Part shown: piece by piece, positions 1 to 13,967 of the stretch
How the letters are laid out: each line of letters begins with the position of its first letter
How positions within the stretch are numbered: position 1 is the first letter of the stretch
Program-made: the position numbers and the translations under genes
Notes under the pieces: model-generated
Databases searched by the model: none
What the model was told of the DNA's origin: nothing
What the model saw: the letters and a program-made list of their open reading frames with translations, nothing else
NCBI RefSeq assembly: GCF_006345805.1
Contig: NC_043004.1
Location: 38,130,001-38,194,000, forward strand
Direction: 5' to 3'
DNA length: 64,000 bases
Origin: Octopus sinensis
Lineage: Eukaryota

Positions 1-1399
1 AAATATCCGTGAAATACAATTTCGTCGTGACAAATGAAGATAACAATTCATTAAGTATACTTGAAGTATTTCCACTTTTATTTTCACTGCTCTCTTTCTT
101 GAATTGTCTTATTCCACTTTCTCTTTCTCTCTCATATTTCGATCTGTTTCCTGAATAAAATTATTATCGCGCTGTCCCGAGAGGTCAACGTTTAGATGTT
201 GCCTATGTTAGCCTTATGCAGTGGATTTCCATCTCTTGGCTATATTTAGTCCATGCCTTTGTATAATATTTTCATTTCCAGTCACCCAAATAACTAACTG
301 CCTTTAGGTAATTACCTAAGTATTACTTACTAAATCTCCATCAACGGCAAAACTTTAGATATGTTGTTGCTTTCTCTATGGTGATTCTAATCACGTTAGT
401 AAGTTCCATAATACATCGACTTTTAATACACAAACCAACGAGAGAACTCTACGTGGTTACTCATCCAGCTAAGCGTAACAGCTAAGTTTCTCTCAGATCA
501 ATATTCACACGCCTCGAAATCATTAGAGGAAAACGCTGAAAAAAAAATTGCGATAGTGAAATCTATAACGCTTTTATAAATTCCTGTACATCAAGACGTG
601 TATACGTCGACGGCAATAATTGAAATAGAAATATCACCCCGTGCATTAATCTTCTGCAAAAAATCTCAAATCAAACACATCATGCAAGTGTTTCTTCCCT
701 ATAAATTGAGAAATTGCTTCCTACCCAAGTTTATTCCGCAAGAATCTACCTTTCTAAACATAAATCGACCTCCAGAATATGGGTTGGTCCTACAAAGGTT
801 CTAAACACTATCCACCATAGTGAGGCTAAATAACAATAATAATAGCACATGGCAACATAATATGCAAAACTGACCTCTCCTCACCACAATATAAAGTTAC
901 AATTTACATAGATTTAACTGTATCGTTCAATTAATTTTACGGGATATTCTAATCCATAAATCTTTTGATTTAAATAATTTTTTCCGTTTTTTTATTGTAT
1001 CGGCACAAGTTCACTTATTTTGGGAGAAAAGTAAAGAGGATTGCACAGAGCCATACATTTCCATATATGTATTGATATCGGGAAGGACTACTAAAGGCAT
1101 GTGCCAGTTACGTTTACAATCTACTATATATATATACGCAAATGCACACGCATATATATCGAGCACATTGTATGTATGTATGCCTGCGCGCACATTCAGT
1201 TCACACTCACGTAATACCAGAATCCATCCTAATTCACAGTCTTTTGGACAAGAATCCTCTCCTTATCTATACATTCTTGGTAGAATTAGGTAGATGATGC
1301 TGCACAGAAATTCTTTGCGAATACATACATACATACATACATACATACATACATACATACATACATACATACATACATACATACATACTTATATATATA

Positions 1400-1673
1400 T
1401 ATGGAAAAAAGTCAAGATAGAAAATTCTAAAATAATTTTATAAAAAACATTTCAGTACCGGTTTTAGTCATTGAAACTTTTCAACTGTAACAATTAAATA
1501 ATTAAATTTAGAAAAATTAAAAGAAAAGTTTTTTTAAAAGAATATTTGTATAAAAAAAACTTTTCTTTTAATTTTTCTTTTACAGTTGAAAAAGTCTCAA
1601 TGACCGAAACCGGTACTGAAATGTTCTTTATAAAATCATTTTAGCATTTTCTATCTTGACTTTTTTTTCCATA
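1400..1673. repeat. ~270-bp fold-back element; each arm carries a hammerhead-like motif (Penelope pseudo-LTR-like)
   Basis: Left arm ggaaaaaagtcaagatagaaaat...cagtaccggttttagtcattg...tttcaactgtaa is the reverse complement of right arm ttacagttgaaaaagtctcaatgaccgaaaccggtactg...attttctatcttgactttttttcc; flanked by TA repeats. Confidence 0.85.
1583..1618 (+). ncRNA. Minimal type I hammerhead-like motif (U3:A8 core variant)
   Basis: cag | TTGAAAA | agtc-tcaat-gacc | GAAA-CCGG-T-A | ctg; palindromic stem III (ACCGGT) as in Penelope minimal hammerheads; one mismatch in stem II. Confidence 0.5.
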
Positions 1674-3037
1674 TATATCAACTCGTGTGTTCCTTTTCAT
1701 CCTTACACACACACACACACACACATATTTATATATATGTAGTGTACTGTTCCGTTATTAGTGGGATAAAAAAAGAATGTACTGCATCCAGTGAGAGATA
1801 AATATTATTTAACATACACGCTTTAAATACGAGTCACTATAAGTTTCATGCTTCTGAAGATACACTCTCACGAGCTAGTATAGCGTGCCGCGTATTTTTC
1901 AAACAATCCTAGCTCGTCCGACAGTTGCATTTTCAGCGGCATGGAACCTACGATGGCTCGCATTTAAATCCTCTGTATGTACACACACACACATTTGTTC
2001 GGCATAACATTCTATATATTTTACTTAATGTGGATCTATTACAGAAAGCCACAAAACTGCAGTAATTGTGTTGAAAAACCTTGTAGTCTATACGCATAGT
2101 GCAAAAATTCAGAGACGTGTATTAGTAGCAGAAGAAAAACGTCTAGCAACGGTGGCAGAATTGCTAAATCAGGATATCTTTGCACATGATCAGGAACAAA
2201 TATGCACTGTCAACTACAGACTTAGAAAAAATCTAACCTTTACTGATATAGAAAGGTAGTGAATAACAAATCACTGGTGTCACAAATACTGCTAGGATAG
2301 GTACAACATTGTTATTAGTGACGAAGGCAGGTGATGGTGACACCCACCAATGTTGAATATATCCACGTTAATTAAGATATACCGAATGCTATTTTGAATC
2401 CATTTTTATTTTGTCAATAACAACAAAATTTTACCCAGTCTACCAGCTATTTGTGACCTCAGTAGTTTGTTAACCACTGTTTTTGGGTATCAGTAGAGCC
2501 TAAATTTGTCTAAATATACAGTTGCTAGGAGATACTTGCTACTGCAAATTAAGTTCATTTTCAGAAACATTAATGCTTGCCTAATTCACTCGCTATGATA
2601 AACAGGAACGTTGATATGCGAAGTAAAAATAAGCTCTGCTTAACGGACCCTATACCTTAGAGCGTAAACGAGAGTCAACATCCATTGACAAGCTTGCAAA
2701 AGGCAACGAAAATTTTGGTAGAAAAAATATAAATATAAATGAGTGGAAATCGAACTGGTGAGTTTGTTAGATGATAAGGCATTAAGACGATAGGATTCTC
2801 GGTGAGCTGACAGAAACGTTAGCACGCCGGGCGAAATGCCTCCTAATTTGTTTTCGGTCTCATGTGCCACCAGACGATTGCTCTACCTTTTCTGAGACCG
2901 GAGATGACTTCAATAAATCAAAACTTTACTTTTTATGATATTTATTGTAATTATTCTTTTGCTCAAATACACGATACTGTTCACTCGTGAATTATTTCTC
3001 GTAGCTCATTTTTTGCTTTAATATATGTGTGAATAAA

Positions 3038-3436
3038 GGCGGCGAGCTGCCAGAAACGTTAGCGCGCCGGGCGAAATGCTTAGCGGTATTTCGTCTGCCT
3101 CTACGTTCTGAGTTCAAATTCCGCCGTGGTCGACTTTGCCTTTCATCCTTTCGGGGTAGATTAAATAAGTACCAGTTACGCACTGGGGTCGATATAATCG
3201 ACTTAATCCGTTTGTCTGTTCTTGTTTGTCCTTTCTGTGTTTAGCCCCTTGTGGGTAGTAAAGAAATAGGTATTTCGTCTGTCTTTATGTTCTAAGTTCA
3301 AATTCCGCCGAGATTGACTTTGCCTGTCATCCTTTCGGGGTTTACAAATTAAGTACCAGTTGCGTTCTGGGGTAGATCTAATCGACTGGCCCCCTGCCTT
3401 AAAATTTCGGGCCTTGTGCCGAGAGTAGAAAAGAAT
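3038..3436 (+). mobile_element. tRNA-derived SINE family 1 (Meta-domain-like), dimeric: head+core+Tx1-like tail, then core+older tail
   Basis: Head ggcggcgagctg.cagaaacgttagc, B-box-like gagttcaaattcc, central gcctttcatcctttcggggt.gat.aa.taagtaccag; junction gaaata|ggtatttcg at 3268/3269. Confidence 0.9.
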
Positions 3437-3778
3437 ATGACTCTCCCCAGACACAACGTAATATTCTGTGAAAGAGGAATTTAAATAAATTTGCTTCCAC
3501 GCATGCCATCTCGCGGACCCTGAGGTGCGAGGGATAAAACATTACACCCAGTATTTAAAAAAGTAATGAGCTTCTCATTAAGTGGAGAAAAATCCCGAAA
3601 AAAAAAAAACAAAAGACAAAAAACAGACAACCCTAATGAATCTATAACGTACAACTTATACACAACCGAGAAAAGGTTAATATCAATAATTCCGGTATTC
3701 ATCTAAATACAATTTTACAAATACATTTAAGATTTTGGAAACGCTTAACCAGGAAAACTAAATCAATCTAACATGCTC

Positions 3779-3830
<52 letters not shown>

Positions 3831-4567
3831 TTGTGTTGTATTTTTTTCCCAGAATACCCTCTGCATTCTTCTCTTTTATCCTACAGCATATTTTCAAGGT
3901 CCACATCGACTATTCATCTGAAATATGAACCACAGAAGACTCTACAAAAAGTTAATCCGATGCTAATTATCTAGGAAGCATGACATTTATGTAATTTTGT
4001 GTAAATAGCACTGAAACATCTGTAAGGCGTATCGAACTTGTTCATATGCTATTCGAAAGCTAGTTCTTTCCTTTACTTGAGTATAAATTTCGGCAAGAAT
4101 TAACTTTATTACAACTTTGCCTACAACATCGAGACATTATCAATCTGCATAGAATTTAAATCAAGTCTCATACAGCATGATGAAAGTGAGAAGGAGGAGT
4201 GGGAAGAAGAGAGGAGGAGGAGGTGGATGTGGGAGAGGAGGTTGGGCAGTTGTAATGATGGTTTAAATTTCTTGCAATGTCTGAAATTTTGCAATAGTAG
4301 AGGATAATAGATAGAATCGACTACTGTAAATGACTGGTTGAGTGGACGAATAAAGAAATCAATGTAGCCTTGCTCTTTCTGCTAGAAATAGCAACCATAT
4401 GATAACAACGAAAGGCATTTATCAAATCGAATTTTGAGGAAGGAATGATATAGGTAACGATTATTTATAAGAACGTAGTATGTACAAATATATTTACATA
4501 TGTATCAAGTTAGTGTTCCGGAATGACTTTCACCATGATGGCTAAAATCAAACACAGGGGTTGGTAT

Positions 4568-4630
<63 letters not shown>

Positions 4631-4894
4631 TTGTTTGTGTGCTTGTGTGTATGTTTGGGCAAGCGCAACGTGTGAGGATATTTTTATGCACAGATTCATG
4701 ATAACTCTAAAGATAAATGTAATAGGTATGTATGTATGTATGTATGTATGTATGTATGTATGTATGTATGTATGTATGTATGTATATATGCATGTATGTG
4801 TATATACTATATACATACATACTATATATATGTATATACAATTTCTTTTCTATTTATATACATATATATATATAATATATATGAATACATATAC

Positions 4895-4947
<53 letters not shown>

Positions 4948-5200
4948 ATATATATGTATATTGACAGGTGTGTTGGTAAGTAGGTAAATAAGTAGGTAGG
5001 TAGAAAGGGAGTGTAGATACTCAGATAAATAACAAAAGAGATAAAGAAAGAGGAGAAAGAAAGAAAGACAAGGAAACAGAGGAAAGGAAGAGAGGACAGT
5101 ATGGTTTGTGTTGTGTATGTAAAAGGAACAAATTCTTTAACCTTATCTTTACTGATAATGAAAAGGGTAAGTTATTTCCTCTAATCATTTTTAATATATA

Positions 5201-5433
5201 TATTTCTTTACTACCCAGAAGGAGCTAAACACAGAGGGGACAAACAAGGACCGACAAACGGATTAAGTCGATCACATCGACCCCAGTGCGTAACTGCTAC
5301 TTAATTTATCGACCCCGAAAGGATGAAAGGCAAAGTCGACCTCGGCGGAATTTGAACTCGGAACGTAACGACAGATGAAATACGGCTACGCATTTCGCCC
5401 GCGCGCTAACGTTTCTGCCAGCTCACCGCCTTC
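5201..5433 (-). mobile_element. SINE family 1 monomer with 17-bp TSD
   Basis: Reverse complement of family consensus; atcatttttaatatata at 5184-5200 and 5434-5450. Confidence 0.92.
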
Positions 5434-5822
5434 ATCATTTTTAATATATAATTTATTCTAATGACAGATCTAGGCAGAAAACAAAAGCTCGATATGTATG
5501 GATGCTACCATTTATTCTTACGACTAATTAGTCCGTACACTGGTGTTAAGTGAAGCTGGCCATGTAATCTTTTTGTGATTCTGTGTTCGCTGAGAAAAGA
5601 AACTAATTGTTTTGTTTGTTTTTTTTTTTTTTTTTTGCTTTTGTTTTCTTTTTTAACTCACATAAAAAGAGATTTCGTGCAGCAAATGGTTTACTAAGTG
5701 TATAGGCGTGTGCACTTCTAATTTTCATAACAGTGGCTATTTGTATGTATCCGTGTGTGTATGTGTATAATATATATATACAGATATAAATAAATACAGA
5801 ATATATATAAATATATATACAG

Positions 5823-5855
<33 letters not shown>

Positions 5856-6068
5856 CACACACAAATATATATACATATATATATATATACATACACATGT
5901 ATATATACATGTATATATATACATGTGTATATATATATAATATATACAATATATAATACATATAACATATATATATAATACATATATACATATATATATA
6001 TACATATATATATATATATTATATATACATACATACATACATACATATATATATATACACACATGTAA

Positions 6069-6108
<40 letters not shown>

Positions 6109-6223
6109 GTGTATGTATATGTATATATATATACATGTAATATATATTCCTTCATGCTGCACACACAAGCATGCGCATACAGTCACACGTAAACACGTAT
6201 AAATTCATTTCACATATGTGTAC

Positions 6224-6285
<62 letters not shown>

Positions 6286-6363
6286 GTACATACATACATA
6301 CATACATACACATACATACATACCATACATCATACATACACAATACATACATACATACATACA

Positions 6364-6394
<31 letters not shown>

Positions 6395-7275
6395 CAGCTA
6401 AGATCGTTGTATCATACTGCTAAAACAGTAAAATATACACGAGCAAAGTAAACAGTGAAAACTGAAAAACTTTCGCGGGCAAATTAAATATTTAAAAGCT
6501 ACGAGCAAACCAATAGAAGTTGCTAGAAATAACAGTCAAAACATTGCTTAAAGTTTGCAATACACTCTAGGATTTTATAAAACAAATTATCTTCCTCATA
6601 TCTCCTTCTCCACATAAATTCACAAAGATAAGAGTCACCAATGATAAGAGTCACCACGATTTAAAGTTGCCCAGGTATTCTCAATTTAATCCTTACACTC
6701 AATTTGGTAGCTACACTCCATGTGCGCATGCGCAGCATCTTTGTTTACCATGGAAAGAGAGTTCTTCGTCACCATGATGTGTAAAATACGCGCTTCTGAT
6801 CGGCTAAAATACCCGAGTTTTGCTAACTTTAATGGCTAATAGCTTTTTAATTATGCTGTTGTGTCTGAGGAGAGTCATTTTCTTTTTGTGCTTTATAATT
6901 TAACACGCTCACCGGTAAACTTTTTAATTATTGATTTATAAGAAAAAATAAATTTCATTTTCATGATTAGTATACAAAACTTAATCCAAATTGTAAACAG
7001 TGACGAAACCCACACTGATTCAACCCATCAAATACAACCTGCATCGTCTTAGAAAACGACTCGTTGAATTATGCAACCACTACTTTTTCTGGCAGTACCT
7101 CATTGCTTAGGATTTCTTAGTTATTGTTCAGCTGTCAATCAGCCCCGATAAAGCAGACTTATGAGCCGGTGCGGCCATCCCTGTCTCTTTGTATATCAAG
7201 GACTACATTGTTCAAGTGTCCATCCTTTTTTAAGAAGGTAAAATGCGATTTGAGGGAAATTTGAATAAAATGATC

Positions 7276-7707
7276 GGATCTTTTTGGTTTGAACGGCAGT
7301 TTTTTCTAGCAGTGTCATATGAAATTGTCACCCATAATTATGACCCTAGAATCGATCTATTGCATTTCGATTTCTTTTAGGGTTAGGGTTAGTTAGGGTT
7401 AGGGGTGGGGGGATGGGTATCTTTTTTTTCTTCACAAATGTAAATAAACCCAATCTGTTTCTTAAACGAGGGACATATTCATACGGCACAGAATGCTTTT
7501 TTAACTCAATGGACGTCATCGATTGGTTGAAATTGCAGAAATTGAAGAAAAAAAAAAACAACAAATATCTTACAAACTATAGAATTTTCTCAATAAAGCC
7601 AAGAGAAAAAGATGTTTTATAAACACATTCTACCAGTATACGAAGTTTAAATTTTTTTAGTTACCTAGAAATTATGTTAAAAACTGCCGTTCAAACCGAA
7701 AAGATCC
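7276..7707 (+). mobile_element. MITE with ~28-bp TIRs, 8-bp TSD and internal TTAGGG repeats (copy 1)
   Basis: TIR ggatctttt(t/c)ggtttgaacggcagtttt / aaaactgccgttcaaaccgaaaagatcc; TSD aaatgatc at 7268-7275 and 7708-7715. Confidence 0.93.
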
Positions 7708-8301
7708 AAATGATCTTTGACGTCATAAAAGGTCTTTGGTTGGCTCGAGCAGTTGTAGGAGTAAAGCAAAAAGGAGTGCTGCTCCTGATGATGATGATGA
7801 TGACGATGATGATAGTGGTTGAGATAGAGCAGCCATCCGTTTCATGCGATCGAGTACGCCTTGGTAATGTGTATCATGTTTCTATTACTACTATAAGGTG
7901 TCGTCATGGTTACAAGCAAATAGCGACATATTTCCTGTTTTCGCACCCTTAGCAACTAGTGGATCATTCACGATATGACAGCTGGCAGGGAAAAGTACTA
8001 CACCAGTATACTACTGGTACTCATTACCGCTGAGTTGACCGGAGCATCATCAATGTGAAATGAAGTGACTTGCAGAAGGACACAGCGTTGAAAGGTCAAG
8101 GGATTGAACCTACGACGTTATAAGCATAAACCGAACACGATAACCACATGACCACGCACCGTCTCGGCTGAGGTAGTGTGATGTTTATATGGAGTAATAA
8201 GATCTTGAGTGGATATAATAAGACATGAAAGGGATAGTTGTAGGAGTTTAATAAGAACAAGTGGTAGTAATAGTGGATGAATGATTATGGTGAATTTGGT
8301 A

Positions 8302-8716
8302 GGCGGCGAGCTGGCAGAAACGTTAGCATGCCGGACGAAATGCGTAGTCGTATTTCGTCTGCCGTTACGTTGTGAGTTCAAATTCCGCCGAGGTCAACTT
8401 TGCCTTTCATCATTTCGGGGTCGATAAATTAAGTACCAGTTACGCACTGGAGTCGATATAATCGACTTAGTCCGTTTGTCTGTCCTTGTTTGTCCCCTCT
8501 GTGTTTAGCCCCTTGTGTGTAGTAAAGAAATAGGTATTTCGTCTGCCGTTACGTTCTGAGTTCAAATTCCGCCGAGGTCAACTTTGCTTTTCATCCTTTC
8601 GGGGTCGATAAATTAAGTACCAGTTATGCACTGGGGTCTATGTAATCGATTTAATCCCTTTGTCTGTCTTTGTTTGTCCCCTCTATGTTTAGCCCCTTGT
8701 GGGTAGTAAAGAAATA
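8302..8716 (+). mobile_element. SINE family 1 tandem dimer
   Basis: Head, then core+tail twice; junction gaaata|ggtatttcg at 8532/8533. Confidence 0.9.
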
Positions 8717-10540
8717 TATTTGTAATGGCGAAGTGGGGAATGATACTGGCTCGAAGATGATGAGAAAATATTTGGAGGGATGCTGATGGTAGTGGGGGTG
8801 GGGTACTGTAAAAGAAATGACAGAGATTGTAGCCGTATTGGATGGCTGTTGTGGGGGAGTGTTGTACTAGTGTTGAAAGTAGAAGAGGCATTGGCAGGAA
8901 GTAGAATGGCACTTGGTGGTGGTGAAGATGACCTGTGGATGTTTCTAAACGTGGTGGTAGGGCGTTAGGAGTACTAGCATGTTTTACAGTGATGGGGACG
9001 GCAGCAGAGATAGTGATGGTGGTGGCGATGGTTGCGGTGATAGTGGTAGTGACGCTTAACAGTGGTTGTAATAAGAAAGAGTGCAGCAAGCCGGGTTCAA
9101 GAGTGATACTGGAGGCTGCAACGATGGTAGTGACGACGGTGCAGTAGACGTAGTAGCGATTTGATAAGTGTGTCGTGGGTTCAAATTCCGTTGAGGGCGA
9201 CTGTGCTTTTCATTCTTTCGCGGTCGATGAAATAAGTACCTGAGCACTGAGTAATGTGGTCGATATAATCGACCTACACCCTCACCTGAACTTGCTTGCC
9301 TTGTGCCTATAGTAGACCGGATGTGGTGATTGCGTCGCTAGCAGCATTAAAAGTGGTGATAACGAAGTGTAGTGGTACAGAAGGTGGTCGAGGCGGCGGC
9401 GGCGGCGGTGGCAGCGGTGGTAGTGGTGAAGGAGTTGAGTGTTATATAAACTAATCGTATTTGTGATTGACGGGAGAGGGCACTGGAGGAGTTGATAAGG
9501 TAGTGTCATTGAAGGTGGTGGTAATGGTGCCGATCATTTTAATTGCTGTATGAGGTGAATATTCTGACAAGTTGTTGGTGACACATTCACTATTTTTACA
9601 AGCACCGTTTATCCTACAATGTTGTTACTGCAGTTGCGATTATCGCTATTTTTATTTAGCACCGGGTCAACCCTGATCGAGTCAGCCATAGAACAACTAT
9701 GATCTAATATGCTCCAGCCGTCATCAGACGTTTCTTTTTGTTTATCAGATATAATGAAAGCAAGTATACATATACACGCGCGCGCACAACACGCACACTA
9801 GCAGATACAAGTACGTAAGCACCCAACTTTCAGGAGTTAAAAGTATTTAACAGGTTAACTCAGCTCTATACTACTAATAGTTTTGTAAGCGTATATCATC
9901 ATTGAACTCTTCAGACCCCTCTCTCCTGCTTGCTCACTCAGCGGAGCCATGCTCTCTCCCAAACATACATATGTATATATACATATTAGTATGTAATGTA
10001 TATATATATATATCTATATAATATATATATATATATATATATAATATATTACGGAGATGTATTTGCATAGCAAGTGACCTGATCTGAGATCGTGTGCTGG
10101 AACGAAAACAATTGCAGCGTGGAAGGTGTTTATAAGCCATTTAAGAAACACACAAAATCCGTTAGATTCACTTCGACATTTAAATTTAATTTGCCAAAAT
10201 ACTTTCGTCGCTTTGAGACCGCGACTGCTATTGAGCTCAAGCTCGGACCTGATCGGCCTTTGTATGACCAATGGTATTCCAATCGAAACCAACTCGATTT
10301 TTCTCCATATACAAAGAATCCGGGAACATATATTAATCAACGTGTCATTTTCTAACCTGGTAGGGGGCTATTTCTAGCAGGATGATGGGAACACGAAAAG
10401 CTTCTTCATTGGATTGTAGATAATGACGTCGGTGATAGCGATGGAGATGATAAATAGGGAGTGCAGTGATAAAGGATCTGAAGATAGTGATTATGAGGGC
10501 TTCTTGAGTTGAAAAAAATGATTTTCCATATGAGAATAAT

Positions 10541-10855
10541 GTGGAGGCGCAATGTCCCAGTGATTAGGGCAGCGGACTCGCGGTCGGAGGATCGCGGTTT
10601 CGATTCCCAGACCGGGCGTTGTGTATGTTTATTGAGCTAATACACCTAAAGCTCCAGGAGGCTCCGGCAGTTTGGAGGGGGGTGGCGACCCCTGTTGTAC
10701 TCTTTCGCTCCAGCTTTCTCTCACTCTTTCTTCCTGTATCTTGAGTAACGCTGCGATGGACTGGCGTCCCGTCCAGCTGGGGGGAACACATACGCCACAG
10801 AAACCGGGAAACCGGACCCATGAGCCTGGTTGGGCTTGAAAAGGGCACATAAATA
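10541..10855 (+). mobile_element. tRNA(Arg)-like SINE family 2 (probably octopus OR1-type)
   Basis: tRNA-like head gtggaggcgcaatg.cc.agtg.ttagggcagcggacTCGcgg...ggtttcgattccc; homologous to 11375, 55219 and 62379. Confidence 0.85.
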
Positions 10856-11374
10856 AATATGAGAATAATACATACATATGCAGACCACAGAATACGGGAA
10901 ACTGCCCTTATAAGGTCATGGTTCAAGGAAGACCTTTCTGACACACGAGCACGCACACACACATGTATGTATTACGTGTGTATGTATATACATCATTAAT
11001 CTGCTTGTATCTATATTTGATAATTGTCGGTAGAATTAGTTGCTTATTAAATACATAAACAATATGCTCATAATATATAAAGATCCGTATACTACGTACG
11101 TTAGGAAATTTACATACAAAAATATACGCACAAAAATAAGATATGTATTTTTGTTCATGAGTGCAATTATACGTGCGCGTGAAGTGAGTTTGTGTATCTG
11201 CTTGTATGCTTGCTCCAGCATGGCCGCAGTCAAATGACTGAAACAAGTAAAAGGGTAAAAGAGAGAGTATGATTGTACGTGCGCTGCACTTTGCATGTGC
11301 ACAGATCTGCCTTAACATCATTATAGTCCCCCAAATAAAGCAATACACTGAAACCTATTCTATTAATTTACTGA

Positions 11375-11668
11375 TGGCACATGGCCTAGTGGTTAGAGCA
11401 GCGGACTCGCGGTCGAGGGATCGCGGGTTCGAATCGCAGACCAGGCGATGTGTGTGTTTATGAGCGAAACACCTAAGCTCCACGCGGCTCCGGCAGAAGG
11501 TAATGGCGAACTTCTGCTGACTCTTTCGCCACAACTTTCTCTCACTCTTTCCTCCTGCATCTTGCAGCCCACCTGCGACGGACCGGCGTCCCGTCCAGGT
11601 GGGGAACCTATCCCCCAAGAAACCGGGAAACCGGCCCTTATGAGCCAAGCATGGCTCGAGAAGGAACA
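11375..11668 (+). mobile_element. SINE family 2
   Basis: tggcctagtggttagagcagcggactcgcgg...gggttcgaatc; tail gaaaccgggaaaccggccc. Confidence 0.88.
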
Positions 11669-11723
11669 AATAATAAAAAATAAAATTCTATTAATTTGCT
11701 GATAGCAAATCACATTGCACATA

Positions 11724-11956
11724 TATTTCTTTACTACCCACAAGGGGCTAAACACAGAGGGGACAAACAAGGACAGACAAAGGGGTTAAGTCGATTACAT
11801 CGACCCCAGTGCGTAACTGCTACTTAATTTATCGACCCCGAAAGGATGAAAGGCAAAGTCGACCGCGGCGGAATTTGAACTCGGAACGTAACGACAGATG
11901 AAATACGGCTAGGCATTTCGCCCGGCGTGCTAACGATTCTGCCAGCTGGCTGCCTT
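11724..11956 (-). mobile_element. SINE family 1 monomer with TSD
   Basis: Family consensus in reverse; tcacattgcaca at 11710-11721 and 11959-11970. Confidence 0.9.
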
Positions 11957-12231
11957 ATTCACATTGCACATTGATTAGCATAGGACCTCTCGGCTTGAGG
12001 ATCGCCGCGAGAGCTGCTCAATGTGCACATGACTAAGGCGGCACTATTTCTGTATATATGTTTCTTTAACAGATCATTCTCTTTTTGTTTACCATATGAA
12101 TGAAATGTGTTGTACAATACGACGATAAATCCCTCTGAATAATCATGTCTGTGTACTTGAAGTTGTTGAACCTCTAGATCATTGCCAGTCAAACAGAACT
12201 TGATAGATTTAATACAACTAAGACCACTTCA

Positions 12232-12331
12232 NNNNNNNNNNNNNNNNNNNNNNNNNNNNNNNNNNNNNNNNNNNNNNNNNNNNNNNNNNNNNNNNNNNNN
12301 NNNNNNNNNNNNNNNNNNNNNNNNNNNNNNN
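12232..12331. other. Assembly gap (100 N)
   Basis: Run of exactly 100 N; continuity across the gap is not guaranteed. Confidence 1.
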
Positions 12332-12920
12332 GAAATGGACTAATTTAGAAAGTGAGCTGAGCATCAAAGAACTTAGCAACTAAATTTGGATTTTAATTTG
12401 ATGTGTGAATATTTTATTTATATTACTAATGTCGCTAGCAGATGGGCAAAGGAAACAATCCCCACGTTAAAATCGATTTTGATTTTCATTATTACAGGAT
12501 CATAACGAGATCGACATAATCAAACATAACCTTAAAATATATAACAATTACACCAATGGAACAAACTTTTATTATTACTGTTTATTATTTAAAACATTTT
12601 AATTTTTTTCCATTCGTATTGCGTTACGTTTTTTTCCCTTTTCGTTTTATCGTAAATTTACACCCTCACATAATTCCAATAATTGGACTACGCCCTTGAT
12701 GGGGGCACCACTTCCAGCGTTAAACATTATTATCATTGTTACTGTATTTGTTGTTGTTGTTACTATAAACTGTATTCGTGACATTTTTACAAACAATACA
12801 GGGAATTGTTTTATTTTGTTTCTTAACCTGCTTGAAGTAAGAGCTAAATTTCTTTTAAATCACACTAACATTTAAAAAAAACAACAACAAAAAAAAACAA
12901 AAAAAAAACAGAGTCCCAAA

Positions 12921-13006
12921 CTGCGACTCTAGCTACGTTATGTCAGAATGCTGCGACTCTAGCTACGTTATGTCAGAATGCTGCGACTCTAGCTACGTTA
13001 TGTCAG
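12921..13006. repeat. 30-bp minisatellite, ~2.9 identical copies
   Basis: ctgcgactctagctacgttatgtcagaatg repeated at a 30-bp period. Confidence 0.95.
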
Positions 13007-13736
13007 GAAAAAAAAATTAGATGTCTAAACAATTATAACGACAAAAGCTAATAATTTTTTTTATAAATGATTCATTTAACCATAGGACATTAAGCATAGA
13101 ACATGGGCCATGACAAGGAAAACAAGTAAGGATAGCAAAAGGAGATGAACAATTGAGAAAATGCGAGTAGGACAACGTCGACAAAATGAAAGCACATAAA
13201 AATGAGTGAATGAGGAAGCATGTATGTGGTTGTTTAACCGGCTAGAAATAACTAAATCTCTTTCTAATCATAACAGATCGTCTTAAAATAAGGGGTACTT
13301 TCAATGATGTAGTTCTTTTTCTGCTACATCTGTCAATATGTGACGGCAACAATCACGGACACACCGCATTGTGATGTTGTTCAAAGATTGTTGTGTTTTT
13401 TTTAAAGCTGGGACCACTGCTTTTTACACGGATGTTATAACTATTGGAGCTTTAAATCGTCAAGTGTGTTCACAGTGCAAGCAACATTAAAAAGATTCAC
13501 TTGGAATCTTTTGCTTGAAGAAGTCTCGGATATATCACAGTATTTCACTGGTACTTGAGCTCGTAAAGTGAAAGAACTAATTACCGCAAGATGTTTTGTC
13601 CATCAACGGTCAAATGATTCTGCAAACCAAATATGTTAGATTGATTATGGTTGAAGCTCCTTTGTTCTGGGTATGCTTTGTGAGGAGAAGCCCCAGAGTT
13701 AACAACAACATTAACGTTAATTCGTTCATTCTTGAA

Positions 13737-13967
13737 GGCGGCGAGATGGCAGAACCGTTAGCATGCCGGGCAAAATGCCTTGCAATATTTCGTCTGTCGC
13801 TACGTTCTGAGTTCAAATTCCGCCGAGGTCGACTTTGCCTTTCATCCTTTCGGGGTCGATAAATTAAGTAGCAGTTACGCACTGGGGTCGATGTAATCGA
13901 CTTAATACCTATGTCTGTCCTTGTTTGTCCCCTCTATGTTTGGCCCCTTGTGGGTAATACAGAAATA
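13737..13967 (+). mobile_element. SINE family 1 monomer
   Basis: Head, core and tail ending agaaata. Confidence 0.9.

Noticed and set aside
1740-2740. Possible Gypsy gag/pol relic (IQRRVLVAEE...)
   Set aside because: The similarity is too short and degraded to call without a search.
3029-3244. Recurrent ORF ...RSEFKFRRGRLCLSSFRGR in many places
   Set aside because: This is the translation of the family 1 SINE, not a gene family.
6723-6734. TGCGCATGCGCA palindrome resembling an NRF1 site
   Set aside because: It is isolated, with no promoter evidence, and probably part of a repeat.
10049-10230. Possible further hammerhead in a pseudo-LTR-like repeat
   Set aside because: Only a stem II/GAAA-like half (gtcgc...gcgac-gaaa, - strand) is present; the core is missing.
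10541-10615. tRNA-Arg(TCG)-like sequences (also 11375, 55219, 62379)
   Set aside because: They continue into a shared SINE body and have imperfect stems, so they are SINE heads and not tRNA genes.
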